Counted from the stretch's first letter, positions 9,291 to 17,507 are shown. The stretch is 62,437 nucleotides of DNA from Candidatus Saccharimonadales bacterium (GCA_036278875.1 DASUKF010000021.1:1-62437); one strand, 5' to 3'. Numbers and translations: made by a program. Notes: generated by a model not told the origin, from the letters alone.

Positions 9291-9920
9291 ATGTCAAAAA
9301 ATAACGGAAGAAGTCCGGCGGCGGCCGAGGCCATAGGCGAAAGTTTGTCCATGAACGGCAATGGCCGCGTCAGAGCCGTAGGCACATTCGCGGTATGGAG
9401 GCGGCAAAGTACCGGGTGGAACAGGTCTTACAAAGTAAACAGTAATTTTCGCCGCGAACTTGGCAGTGAGTCCAGGGTATTTGACGGTCCTGGCAGGAGA
9501 TTTTACCTGATTACGCCGGCAGACGGGGCGATAGTGCTGGGGAATGTAGGCGGCAAGTTCGGAAAGATAAAACACCCGCTTAAGCGCAGGGTAGACAGCA
9601 TAGATGGAAGCATAGGCCTGCGGGTATCAGGATTCAGCTTATCACGGCCGAATAGGGACGGAAACAAGACGGTTTCGTTGAAACTCGCTTACGAAGGGGA
9701 GGAAGAAGGACCGGAAGAAGAAAGAGAAAGTCTGCTGAGAAGTTCGCGGGCCAGCGAACTGGGGCTTCCGGGTTTGGCTATGGCGGTTGAGGTGGCTACG
9801 GTCCCGGCCGAGAACAAGCGGGCCGATGTGGAGCCTCTAATTGACGAGCATATGCCTATTGGTATGCCGCTTGATTTTAACCGCCCGGTACTAACATATA
9901 CTCTGGCTCAACCGGAATAA
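9291..9920 (+). CDS. Hypothetical protein
   Basis: 209 aa ORF and the only long frame here. Upstream are TTGACT (9251-9256) and an A/T-rich -10. No recognisable family. Confidence 0.45.
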   Translation: MSKNNGRSPAAAEAIGESLSMNGNGRVRAVGTFAVWRRQSTGWNRSYKVNSNFRRELGSESRVFDGPGRRFYLITPADGAIVLGNVGGKFGKIKHPLKRRVDSIDGSIGLRVSGFSLSRPNRDGNKTVSLKLAYEGEEEGPEEERESLLRSSRASELGLPGLAMAVEVATVPAENKRADVEPLIDEHMPIGMPLDFNRPVLTYTLAQPE

Positions 9921-9951
9921 AGTTGGTAAGATTGTTACTACTGTTGTTAAC

Positions 9952-10036
9952 GGGGATGTGGTGGAATTGGTAGACACGCTAGTCTTAGGAACTAGTGCCG
10001 CAAGGCGTGAAGGTTCAAGTCCTTTCATCCCCACCA
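9952..10036 (+). tRNA. tRNA-Leu, anticodon UAG, type II (long variable arm), CCA encoded
   Basis: Manual cloverleaf. Acceptor stem GGGGATG/CATCCCC. Anticodon stem CTAGT/ACTAG with loop CTTAGGA. Variable arm TGCCGCAAGGCGT. T arm GAAGG-TTCAAGT-CCTTT. Discriminator A followed by CCA. Confidence 0.9.
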
Positions 10037-10046
10037 GACTTTCGAT

Positions 10047-10633
10047 ATGAAGCAACACCATATTATCTATGTACCCGGCATACTTGATGACATTTATCAT
10101 GCCCAGAGTCTGGCCGCAGCGACCTGGAGGATTCATGGAGTACATGGACATTGCCACCCCGTACCTTGGGCGGGAAAAGAAAAATGGCAGCCGAAATTCC
10201 AAAAACTTTTAGATGAGATAGACCGTTACAGGGCGGAGGGCCATGATGTATCGCTTGTTGGCGCAAGCGCGGGTGCCAGCGCTGTTTTGAACGCTTACGC
10301 TGAAAGGGCTGACAGCGTAAAAGGCCTGGTTTATATATGCGCGAAGATAAACGCTCCGGAAACAGTCAGCAGAAAGACATATGCCGAAAACCCCGCGTTC
10401 AAGACATCATTGGAGCTCCTGCAGAAGAATCGTAAAAGGTTTAAACCTGAAGACAAGGCCAGGATGCTGTCGTTAATTCGGAAAAAGACGGGACAGTACC
10501 TTACGAGGCTACAATTATTTCCGGCGTCAAAGAGGAAAAACTGCCTCCGCTAAGGCACGGACGGGCCATAATGTACGCTGTGACTATAGGCGCAAGGGAC
10601 ATCGCGCGTTTTGTGAAAAATATGGATTCCTAG
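10047..10633 (+). CDS. Small alpha/beta-fold serine hydrolase, reading frame interrupted (-1) at the A5 run 10482-10486
   Basis: Frame 0 (10047-10553) carries the nucleophile elbow GASAG. The -1 frame from 10487 reads DGTVPYEATIISG...LRHGRAIMY... and stops at 10631-10633. The junction is CGG AAA AAG. Confidence 0.6.
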
Positions 10634-11373
10634 GCTTTTTTAAGCTGCTGGTAGCGAAACGGCAATACCAGAGAATAGGCTATAGTTGCGGCCGCTCCGG
10701 CCAAAGGTCCGAGCACGGGGATGACACCGATGATTCCTGCGAAAATAGCGACCAGTATGGTTACTCCTATTGCGGCGTAAATAAGCCCCATCTTGCCTAT
10801 GGCCTTATCATTGCTTTTCTTTATAGCATCCATGACGCCGAGGTCCTTATCCACCATGTAGTAAGGCGCCATTACAAGTCTGCCCAATGCTATTATGCCC
10901 GGCACAATCAGCAGTATGAACCCGCCTATTATTATCAGGCCTGAAAGAAGGCTTAAACCGAGTATCCTGAAGAAATACTTCTTCCCGTCTTCAAAAAGCT
11001 CGCTCAAATCAGGTTTTTTTCCGGAGGTACTCTTCACCTGAAGATTTATGGACATCGCGTACAGGAAAATGCCTATCGCCAGGAAAATCAGCACAAACAG
11101 AAAACCGGTGCCGATAATTGCGGCCAGCTGAGTACCGCTCAGACCGCCCCAGTTGTTTATCGGCTGGTAATTCCAGTAGCCGCGCTCTTTATAATGGTCG
11201 TTTCCCGAGGCGCTCCCTACGGCGCTGATAATGGTTAGGATATTGACTACGGCAAAGACCTGCCAGTTTTTCTTGACGATATCCAGGCTTTTGCCCAATA
11301 AGTCGAAAGCGCTGCCTATGGGCTGTTTATCCTTTGTATGTGACTGCTTTTTAGCTTTAGTTTTACCCGCCAT
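10630..11373 (-). CDS. Integral membrane protein (about 5 TM helices), function unknown
   Basis: 247 aa with several long hydrophobic segments. SD AGGGGG lies 4-5 nt upstream of the ATG. The stop overlaps the stop of the convergent hydrolase gene (CCTAGG). Confidence 0.7.
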   Translation of the reverse strand: MAGKTKAKKQSHTKDKQPIGSAFDLLGKSLDIVKKNWQVFAVVNILTIISAVGSASGNDHYKERGYWNYQPINNWGGLSGTQLAAIIGTGFLFVLIFLAIGIFLYAMSINLQVKSTSGKKPDLSELFEDGKKYFFRILGLSLLSGLIIIGGFILLIVPGIIALGRLVMAPYYMVDKDLGVMDAIKKSNDKAIGKMGLIYAAIGVTILVAIFAGIIGVIPVLGPLAGAAATIAYSLVLPFRYQQLKKA

Positions 11374-11435
11374 TATTACCCCCTGTTGACTATCTATTAT
11401 TTAAGCACACAAGCCGGCTTTTAGGAATAAATGTT

Positions 11436-11464
11436 TTGCGTGTTATTAGCATATGTGTTATAAA
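11436..11464 (+). promoter_or_regulatory. Candidate promoter of the his leader: TTGCGT, 17 nt spacer, extended -10 TGtTATAAA
   Basis: -35 at 11436-11441, TGT at 11456-11458, -10 at 11459-11464. The ATG at 11471 lies 6 nt after the hexamer. Confidence 0.5.
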
Positions 11465-11470
11465 AGACGT

Positions 11471-11527
11471 ATGTTCAAAAGAACTTTTCAGCATCATTCT
11501 CATATACTGCCGGAGCGTGTCGGTTAG
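11471..11527 (+). CDS. Candidate his-operon leader peptide MFKRTFQHHSHILPERVG (18 aa)
   Basis: Three His codons fall in a 4-codon window (CAT CAT TCT CAT, 11492-11503). The ORF sits between a promoter and an intrinsic terminator, directly upstream of hisS-hisGHAFIE. Confidence 0.45.
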   Translation: MFKRTFQHHSHILPERVG

Positions 11528-11569
11528 TTAGCTTTTTCCTTGAAAATCCTACGCCGGACTCGCTCCGGC
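11509..11569 (+). promoter_or_regulatory. Candidate antiterminator pairing of the his attenuator
   Basis: GCCGGAGCG (11509-11517) is the exact reverse complement of CGCTCCGGC (11561-11569), which is the terminator loop plus 3' arm. Confidence 0.5.
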
Positions 11570-11575
11570 GTTTTT
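11551..11575 (+). terminator. Intrinsic terminator within the hisS leader
   Basis: ACGCCGGA-CTCGC-TCCGGCGT is an 8 bp GC-rich stem with a 5 nt loop, followed by a T run. Confidence 0.7.
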
Positions 11576-11623
11576 AGTACCTTATTTATTAGATAGAATA
11601 TACTGTTAGAAAAGAAGGAAACC

Positions 11624-12919
11624 ATGAAAAAGAGAATAGAACCTACTATATTAAAAGGAACAAGGGATTATTTCCCTGGCGATATGTCCAAACGCGACAA
11701 GGCGATGAACGTGATAAAAGACACGTTCAGGAGCTTCGGTTACGAGCAGATAGAAACTCCTATCCTAAGCCGCGCCGAAACGATATTGGGCAAAAAAGTT
11801 GAAGAAGACGATCAGAAAATGGCCTACACGTTCAAAGATTACGGCGGCCGCGACATAGCACTGCCGTTTGACCTGACTATGCCTTTCGCACGCTTCGTCG
11901 CAAGTAATTACCAAGAACTGCCGATGCCGTTCAAGCGCTTCCAGCTGCAGCGGGTATGGCGCGCCGAACGCCCGCAACGAGGCCGGCTGCGCGAATTCTA
12001 CCAGTGCGACGTCGACATAATCGGCTCGGACCAGCTGGTATGCGAGGCCGAGATGGCCAAGCTGATATTCGCGGTCTTCGATAACCTGAAGATAAAGGAT
12101 ATTACGGTCAGGGTGAACTCACGTAAACTGCTAAATGAGGTCCTGCTGGGCTATGGAGTGGACAAATCCAAGCTGGTGAAAGCCATCCGGCTGATAGACA
12201 AGCTGGACAAGATAGGGGATAAGGCGGTAGCCGAGCAATTGGGCAAAGAAGGCATAGGAAACGGAGCCGAGATAGTCGACGTGCTCAAGCCTGCCGGAAA
12301 CAACGCCGAAACGCTTGAAAGATTGAAAGATTACGACACTTCGGATCTACGCGAATTTTTGGAGTTATGCGAAGAATTTTCGGTGGATACGGGCAGGATA
12401 ATGCTTGACCCGAGCCTGGCCCGGGGCCTGGATTACTACACGGGAATTACTTTCGAAGTAGTTTCAAGCGACGCAAGTCTGGGTACCATCAGTGCCGGTG
12501 GCAGATACGATGACCTGTGCGGCATGTTCGCAAATAAAGACATGTCAGGAGTCGGTATATCCTTCGGTTTTGAGAGAATAATGATACTTATGGAAGAGTC
12601 CAAGCTGCTGACCGACAACAAGACGAATTCCAAAGTGCTGGTGACCGTATTTGACGAGAAGTCTTTGAGCGATTCGATTAAGATTTACAACTCGCTGCTT
12701 AGTTCAGGCATACCGGCCGAGCTTTATATGGACAAAGCCAAGCTGGCAAAACAGCTGAAGTTCGCAGACAAGAAGAATATCCCCTTCGTCGTCATTCGGG
12801 GTCCTGAAGAGAAACAATCTGAAGAAGTGCTGGTTCGCCGTATGTCCAGCGGCAACCAAAAGAATATTCCTGCGACCCAACTCGCATCATACATTGAGAA
12901 CTATTATGAGGCGCAGTAA
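11624..12919 (+). CDS. hisS: Histidyl-tRNA synthetase (full length, eukaryote/archaea-like subtype)
   Basis: 431 aa. KGTRDYFPGDM, LPFDLTMPFARF, motif 2 WRAERPQRGRLREFYQCDVDIIG, motif 3 GGRYDDL...GISFGFERI, and a C-terminal anticodon-binding domain. SD AAGGAA. Confidence 0.93.
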   Translation: MKKRIEPTILKGTRDYFPGDMSKRDKAMNVIKDTFRSFGYEQIETPILSRAETILGKKVEEDDQKMAYTFKDYGGRDIALPFDLTMPFARFVASNYQELPMPFKRFQLQRVWRAERPQRGRLREFYQCDVDIIGSDQLVCEAEMAKLIFAVFDNLKIKDITVRVNSRKLLNEVLLGYGVDKSKLVKAIRLIDKLDKIGDKAVAEQLGKEGIGNGAEIVDVLKPAGNNAETLERLKDYDTSDLREFLELCEEFSVDTGRIMLDPSLARGLDYYTGITFEVVSSDASLGTISAGGRYDDLCGMFANKDMSGVGISFGFERIMILMEESKLLTDNKTNSKVLVTVFDEKSLSDSIKIYNSLLSSGIPAELYMDKAKLAKQLKFADKKNIPFVVIRGPEEKQSEEVLVRRMSSGNQKNIPATQLASYIENYYEAQ

Positions 12920-13529
12920 CGTAAGAATAGCGATACAGAAATCCGGCAGACTCCGCGAGAAGAGTGAGAAATTGCTGAAGACCTGGGGAATAGACTGCCG
13001 GATAAAGGATAAGAACGTGCTGGTTCTGCCATGCAATGAAGGCAAGTACGAGATTCTTTTCGTGCGCTACGGCGACATACCCCAGTACGTGCAAAGCGGC
13101 GCGGTGGATTTCGGAATAGTCGGCCAGAACATACTATATGAGAACAAATTCAACGTGCGGGTTATAAAGGAGCTTGGTTTCGGAGAGTGCAAGCTGATAA
13201 TCGCGGCTCCGAAACGCTCAACCATAAAAACCTCTAAGGACCTGGAAGGCGAAAGAATAGCTACGTCTTATCCGAACAGCCTGAGAAAATATCTAAAGCA
13301 GGAAGGCTGCGGTGCGACAATCGTCAAGATACGCGGCGGAGTGGAGGCTGCGCCGGCGATAGGGCTGGCGGACGCTATTTGCGATATCACCCAGACCGGC
13401 ACGACGCTCAAGGCCAACGGACTGAAGATAATTTCCACTATTCTGGAGTCGCAGGCCGTACTTATAGAATCCAAGTTCACGACTTCCAAGATGGAGCGCT
13501 TCAAGAGCGAGTGCCTGGAGATATCGTGA
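12906..13529 (+). CDS. hisG: ATP phosphoribosyltransferase, short form (HisG-S, 207 aa)
   Basis: MRRSNVRIAIQKSGRL... is a typical HisG N-terminus, and DAICDITQTGTTLKANGL is the PRPP-binding motif. There is no C-terminal regulatory domain. The ATG at 12906 overlaps the hisS end by 14 nt. Confidence 0.9.
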   Translation: MRRSNVRIAIQKSGRLREKSEKLLKTWGIDCRIKDKNVLVLPCNEGKYEILFVRYGDIPQYVQSGAVDFGIVGQNILYENKFNVRVIKELGFGECKLIIAAPKRSTIKTSKDLEGERIATSYPNSLRKYLKQEGCGATIVKIRGGVEAAPAIGLADAICDITQTGTTLKANGLKIISTILESQAVLIESKFTTSKMERFKSECLEIS

Positions 13530-14125
13530 TAGCCGTTATAGACTATGAAGCCGGCAACATCGGCTCGGTTGTGAATGCCCTCGCTAAACTAAAGGCTGAA
13601 TTTGTAGTCGCATCCGACCCTAGGATTATAAAATCCGCCGCCGGTGTGATATTCCCGGGGCAGGGCAGGGCAGGGCCTGCTATGGATTCTCTTAAAAAAA
13701 CCGGCCTGGACAAACTTCTACCCGTTTTGGAACAGCCTTTTTTAGGCATATGCCTGGGTATGCAATTGATGGTTGATGAATTGGAAGAAGACGGCGTGCG
13801 CGGGCTTTCAATTATCCCCGGCCGCTGCATAAAATTCAGAAGGATCAAACCCGTGCCCCATATGGGCTGGAATAATCTGAATATTACAAAAAGTTTGCAA
13901 TTGCTGGAAGGTGTCAAAGACAAAGAGTACATGTACTTCGTGCATAGTTATTTCGTCGAAGCTCCGGAGAAGTTCGTAGCGGTCACTACCGATTACGGCG
14001 GCGAATTCGCTTCCATAATCGCAAAAGACAATTTCTACGGAGTGCAGGCCCACCCGGAAAAGTCCGCAGGTACCGGCGAAAAGATATTGAAAAACTTTCT
14101 GAAACTTTGCGGAGAAAAGCCATGA
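13526..14125 (+). CDS. hisH: Imidazole glycerol phosphate synthase, glutaminase subunit
   Basis: The GTG start overlaps the hisG stop (GTGA). VIAVIDYEAGNIGSV, catalytic Cys in GICLGMQL, HSY and HPEKS. Confidence 0.9.
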   Translation: MIAVIDYEAGNIGSVVNALAKLKAEFVVASDPRIIKSAAGVIFPGQGRAGPAMDSLKKTGLDKLLPVLEQPFLGICLGMQLMVDELEEDGVRGLSIIPGRCIKFRRIKPVPHMGWNNLNITKSLQLLEGVKDKEYMYFVHSYFVEAPEKFVAVTTDYGGEFASIIAKDNFYGVQAHPEKSAGTGEKILKNFLKLCGEKP

Positions 14126-14832
14126 GGATTTATCCTGCTATTGATTTAATAGACGGGAAAGCCGTACGTCTGGAGCGCGGCGATTATGCCAAAAAAACGG
14201 AATATTCCACCGAACCGGCTGAAGTCGCCAAAGATTTTGCCGCCGAAGGGGCGGAATATATCCATGTAGTCGATCTGGACGGTGCCAAAGCTAAAAAAGC
14301 TGTCAACCTGGAAGCCGTCAGGGCTATCTGTGAATCCGTGGATATTCCTATCCAGGTCGGCGGCGGCATCAGAAGTGCCGAATCTGCCAAAGTTTTGTTG
14401 GATTATGCGGACCGGATCATCATCGGTACGGTCGCTATAACCGAGCCGGAAACACTTAAAGGTATGCTTGATAAGTTCGGCCCCGAACGGGTAGTGGTAT
14501 CTGTTGACTACAAAGCCGGCAAACCGGCTGTAAACGGCTGGCTGGAAGAGGTGGAATTAACTACGGAGGCCCTGCAGGCCCGGCTGAGCGGCTTGGGTAT
14601 AAGAGTAGTCATAGTGACCGATACGGCTTTGGACGGGCTTATGGGCGGCCCTAATGTGCTTCTGATGAAGCAGTGGAGTGAAGCGGGCTTTGAAGTAATC
14701 TGCGCCGGCGGGGTCGCAAGCAGACAGGATGTAAAAGAATTGAAAGACGCAGGAATCGACGGAGCGATAATAGGCAAAGCTCTATATGAAGGCAAAATAG
14801 GCCTGAAGGAGGCTATAGATGCTGGCAAATAG
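14122..14832 (+). CDS. hisA: ProFAR isomerase
   Basis: ATGA overlap with the hisH stop. MRIYPAIDLIDGKAVRL, and a (beta/alpha)8 pattern with GGGIRS and GKALYEG. Confidence 0.88.
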   Translation: MRIYPAIDLIDGKAVRLERGDYAKKTEYSTEPAEVAKDFAAEGAEYIHVVDLDGAKAKKAVNLEAVRAICESVDIPIQVGGGIRSAESAKVLLDYADRIIIGTVAITEPETLKGMLDKFGPERVVVSVDYKAGKPAVNGWLEEVELTTEALQARLSGLGIRVVIVTDTALDGLMGGPNVLLMKQWSEAGFEVICAGGVASRQDVKELKDAGIDGAIIGKALYEGKIGLKEAIDAGK

Positions 14833-15574
14833 AATAATCCCTTGCATGGATATCAAAGACGACCGTGTGGTCAAAGGCACTCATTTCAAGGACCTGGTGG
14901 ACAGCGGCGACCCGCTGGAACTGGCTGTGGAATATGCCGTACAGGGAGCGGATGAACTGGTTCTGCTGGACGTGGCGGCCACCGTAGAAGAACGCAAACA
15001 CCGGGTAGAGCTGGTGCATGCTGTCGCCGAAAAAATCAACATTCCCTTTTCTGTCGGCGGCGGAGTCAGCAGGCTTGAGCATATCCGGGAGCTTCTGAAT
15101 GCAGGAGCCGACAAGGTCTCCATAGGCTCGGCGGCCGTTACCGATACGGATTTTGTACGGCAGGCCTGCGACGAGTTCGGCTCGCAGGCGATAATAGTAT
15201 CCGTAGACCCGAAGAAAAACGGCGATAGATGGGAGGTCTATATAAAAGGCGGCCGCGAAAATATGCATATGGATGCCATAGGATTCGCCCGACGCATGCA
15301 GGACGCGGGCGTAGGCGAACTGCTGGTAAACAGTCTGGACCGCGACGGTACGAAACTTGGGTTTGATATCGAACTTTTAAAACGTATATCGGAAACGGTG
15401 GATATACCGGTCATCGCTTCCAGCGGTGCGGGTAAAATCGAGGATTTCCTTGAAGTTTTTATTAATACTGGCGTCACGGCGGCGCTGGGGGCATCCGTAT
15501 TCCACAGGGGTGAATTTACAGTTGCTCAAGTAAAAACTAAACTAAAGGAGAATAACGTGGAGGTCAGACTGTGA
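14819..15574 (+). CDS. hisF: Imidazole glycerol phosphate synthase, cyclase subunit
   Basis: 251 aa. RIIPCMDIKDDRVVKG, VGGGV, DRDGTKLGFD, ASSGAG. Confidence 0.92.
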   Translation: MLANRIIPCMDIKDDRVVKGTHFKDLVDSGDPLELAVEYAVQGADELVLLDVAATVEERKHRVELVHAVAEKINIPFSVGGGVSRLEHIRELLNAGADKVSIGSAAVTDTDFVRQACDEFGSQAIIVSVDPKKNGDRWEVYIKGGRENMHMDAIGFARRMQDAGVGELLVNSLDRDGTKLGFDIELLKRISETVDIPVIASSGAGKIEDFLEVFINTGVTAALGASVFHRGEFTVAQVKTKLKENNVEVRL

Positions 15575-15891
15575 AAGACAAGATAGATTTTGAAAAGAGC
15601 GGAGGCCTGGTACCGGCCGTCATCCAGGATTCTTCCACGGGCGAGGTATATATGCTGGGCTATATGAACGAAGAGGCATATGAAAAGACACGCTCATCCG
15701 GCTGGGTATATTTTTGGAGCCGGAGCAAAAACAGGCTATGGATGAAAGGCGAGGAGTCAGGGAACAAGTTAAAAGTCGTATCCGTATATGAGGATTGCGA
15801 CTACGACACGCTTTTAATAAAGGTAGAGCTAAAGGGCGAAGCCGTATGCCACACCGGAAATAAAAGCTGTTTTTATCAGGAAATCAAATAG
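15571..15891 (+). CDS. hisI: Phosphoribosyl-AMP cyclohydrolase
   Basis: 106 aa with a GTGA overlap with hisF. LVPAVIQD, WSRSKNRLWMKGEESGN, DCDYDTLL, CHTGNKSCF. Confidence 0.9.
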   Translation: MKDKIDFEKSGGLVPAVIQDSSTGEVYMLGYMNEEAYEKTRSSGWVYFWSRSKNRLWMKGEESGNKLKVVSVYEDCDYDTLLIKVELKGEAVCHTGNKSCFYQEIK

Positions 15892-15900
15892 GAGGTCACT

Positions 15901-16176
15901 ATGACTTTGGACGAATTATATAAGATTATCGAAGAGAGAAAGAAGGAGAAGCCGCAAGGTTCGTATGTAGCCTCATTGTTCGATGAAGGCCCGGCGCGCA
16001 TAACTCAGAAAGTGGGCGAAGAAGCCGTCGAGGTGGTCATTGCCGCCAACCAGGAAAAGAAGGATCGCGTCGTGTCCGAGATGGCGGACCTTTGGTTTCA
16101 CTGCCTGGTGCTCCTTTCCGCGCTGGACATTAAGCCGGAGGAAGTCTACGCAGAGCTGGAAAAAAGACGCAAATGA
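15901..16176 (+). CDS. hisE: Phosphoribosyl-ATP pyrophosphatase
   Basis: 91 aa. SYVASLFDEG, KVGEEAVEVVIAA, EMADLWFHCLVLL. SD GGAGG upstream. Confidence 0.88.
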   Translation: MTLDELYKIIEERKKEKPQGSYVASLFDEGPARITQKVGEEAVEVVIAANQEKKDRVVSEMADLWFHCLVLLSALDIKPEEVYAELEKRRK

Positions 16177-16185
16177 CCGTCCAGA

Positions 16186-16215
16186 TTGGTATTTTATCTT
16201 CCAAGGTGTTATATT
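16186..16215 (+). promoter_or_regulatory. Candidate tig promoter: TTGGTA, 18 nt spacer, TGtTATATT, 8 nt before the ATG
   Basis: -35 at 16186-16191 and extended -10 at 16207-16215. ATG at 16224. No SD. Confidence 0.45.
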
Positions 16216-16223
16216 AGTCGACT

Positions 16224-17507
16224 ATGCAGACTAAAGTTAATAAGATTTCAGACACCAAAGTAAAAATAAGCATCACGGCAGATGCCGCCGAACTTTCCCC
16301 GTACAAAGACCGGGTGCTGGCCCGCCTGGGCAAGGAAGTCAAGCTTGCCGGTTTCCGGCCGGGCAAGGCTCCGCTCAATATGGTAGAGAAGAGCGTGGAC
16401 CAGACCGTATTGCAGCGGGAATTTCTGGACGAGGCCATGACCGGGCTGTATACGCAGGCTGTGAACGCGGAAAAAATACGTCCTGTATCCAGACCGGATG
16501 TTTCGGTTAAGAAATTCGTTCCCTTCGCTACCCTGGATTTTGAAGTTGAAACCGAAATGGTCGGCAATATCAGGCTGGCGGATTATAAGAAGATAAAACT
16601 GGCCAAGCCTAAGCCGGACGTTACCGCCAAAGATGTAAATGACGTTATTGACTCGCTGAAGCTTCGCGTGGCCGAGAAACAGGAAGTAAACCGTACGGTC
16701 AAAAAAGGCGATGAGGCTACCATAGATTTCAAGGGCGTGGACATGAAAGGCGCGGCTATAAATGGCGCTGACGGCAAGGATTACCCGCTGGCAATTGGCA
16801 GCAATACGTTCATCCCGGGGTTTGAAGATAACGTGATAGGCCTGAAGCCCGGCGAAAGCAAGACGTTTGAGCTGACGTTCCCGAAAGATTACGGCGTAAA
16901 TGCTCTGGCTAACAAGAAAGTCAAATTCACAGTAGAAGTGAAGAAGGTCCAAGAGGTGGTCGCGCCGAAGCTGGACGATAGCTTCGCATCGAAAGTCGGG
17001 CCGTTCAAGACGCTTAAAGAACTTAAAGACGATATAAAAAAACAGCTCACTGTTGAGAAACAGAATGAAGCCGATAAGAATTATCTGAACGAATTGGTAG
17101 GAAAGATAACCGATAAAAGCACGGTTTCTCTGCCGGACTCGATGATTGAACATCAGATAGAGCACAGCCTGGAAGATTTGAAACGCAACATAGTATACCG
17201 CGGCCAGACGCTGCAGGAATTTTTTGACCAAGAAGGCACCACCGAAGAAAAGTACCGCAAGGAAGTATTGTATCCCCAGGCTGAAAAGCAGGTCAAAGGG
17301 AGCCTGATACTTTCAGAAATAGCTGATACCGAAGGCGTAACTATCACGCCGGAAGAACTAGAAATAAGATTGCAGGTATTGAAGGGCCAATACCAGGATG
17401 CGCAGATGCAGACCGAGCTGGACAAGCCGGAAGCACGCCAGGACATAGCTTCGCGTATGCTTACGGAAAAGGTCCTGGCCAAGCTGGAAGAATACGCTAC
17501 AAGGTAG
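16224..17507 (+). CDS. tig: Trigger factor
   Basis: 427 aa. N-terminal ribosome-binding signature GFRPGKAP, central FKBP-like PPIase region, and C-terminal helical domain. Confidence 0.9.
   Translation: MQTKVNKISDTKVKISITADAAELSPYKDRVLARLGKEVKLAGFRPGKAPLNMVEKSVDQTVLQREFLDEAMTGLYTQAVNAEKIRPVSRPDVSVKKFVPFATLDFEVETEMVGNIRLADYKKIKLAKPKPDVTAKDVNDVIDSLKLRVAEKQEVNRTVKKGDEATIDFKGVDMKGAAINGADGKDYPLAIGSNTFIPGFEDNVIGLKPGESKTFELTFPKDYGVNALANKKVKFTVEVKKVQEVVAPKLDDSFASKVGPFKTLKELKDDIKKQLTVEKQNEADKNYLNELVGKITDKSTVSLPDSMIEHQIEHSLEDLKRNIVYRGQTLQEFFDQEGTTEEKYRKEVLYPQAEKQVKGSLILSEIADTEGVTITPEELEIRLQVLKGQYQDAQMQTELDKPEARQDIASRMLTEKVLAKLEEYATR

Noticed and set aside
12894-14121. Upstream-extended starts in the ORF track for hisG (12894), hisH (13379) and hisA (14107). 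The same issue applies to rpsG (28260), rpsN (47720) and orf31643.
   Set aside because: The extensions lie inside the preceding genes. Conserved N-termini begin at the internal starts, which form the typical ATGA/GTGA stop-start overlaps.
16248-17231. 327 aa minus-strand ORF, and the Ser-rich 248 aa ORF at 17153-17899.
   Set aside because: Both are antisense to tig and to orf17553, and both have a biased, repetitive composition. The tig frame carries the conserved trigger-factor motifs.
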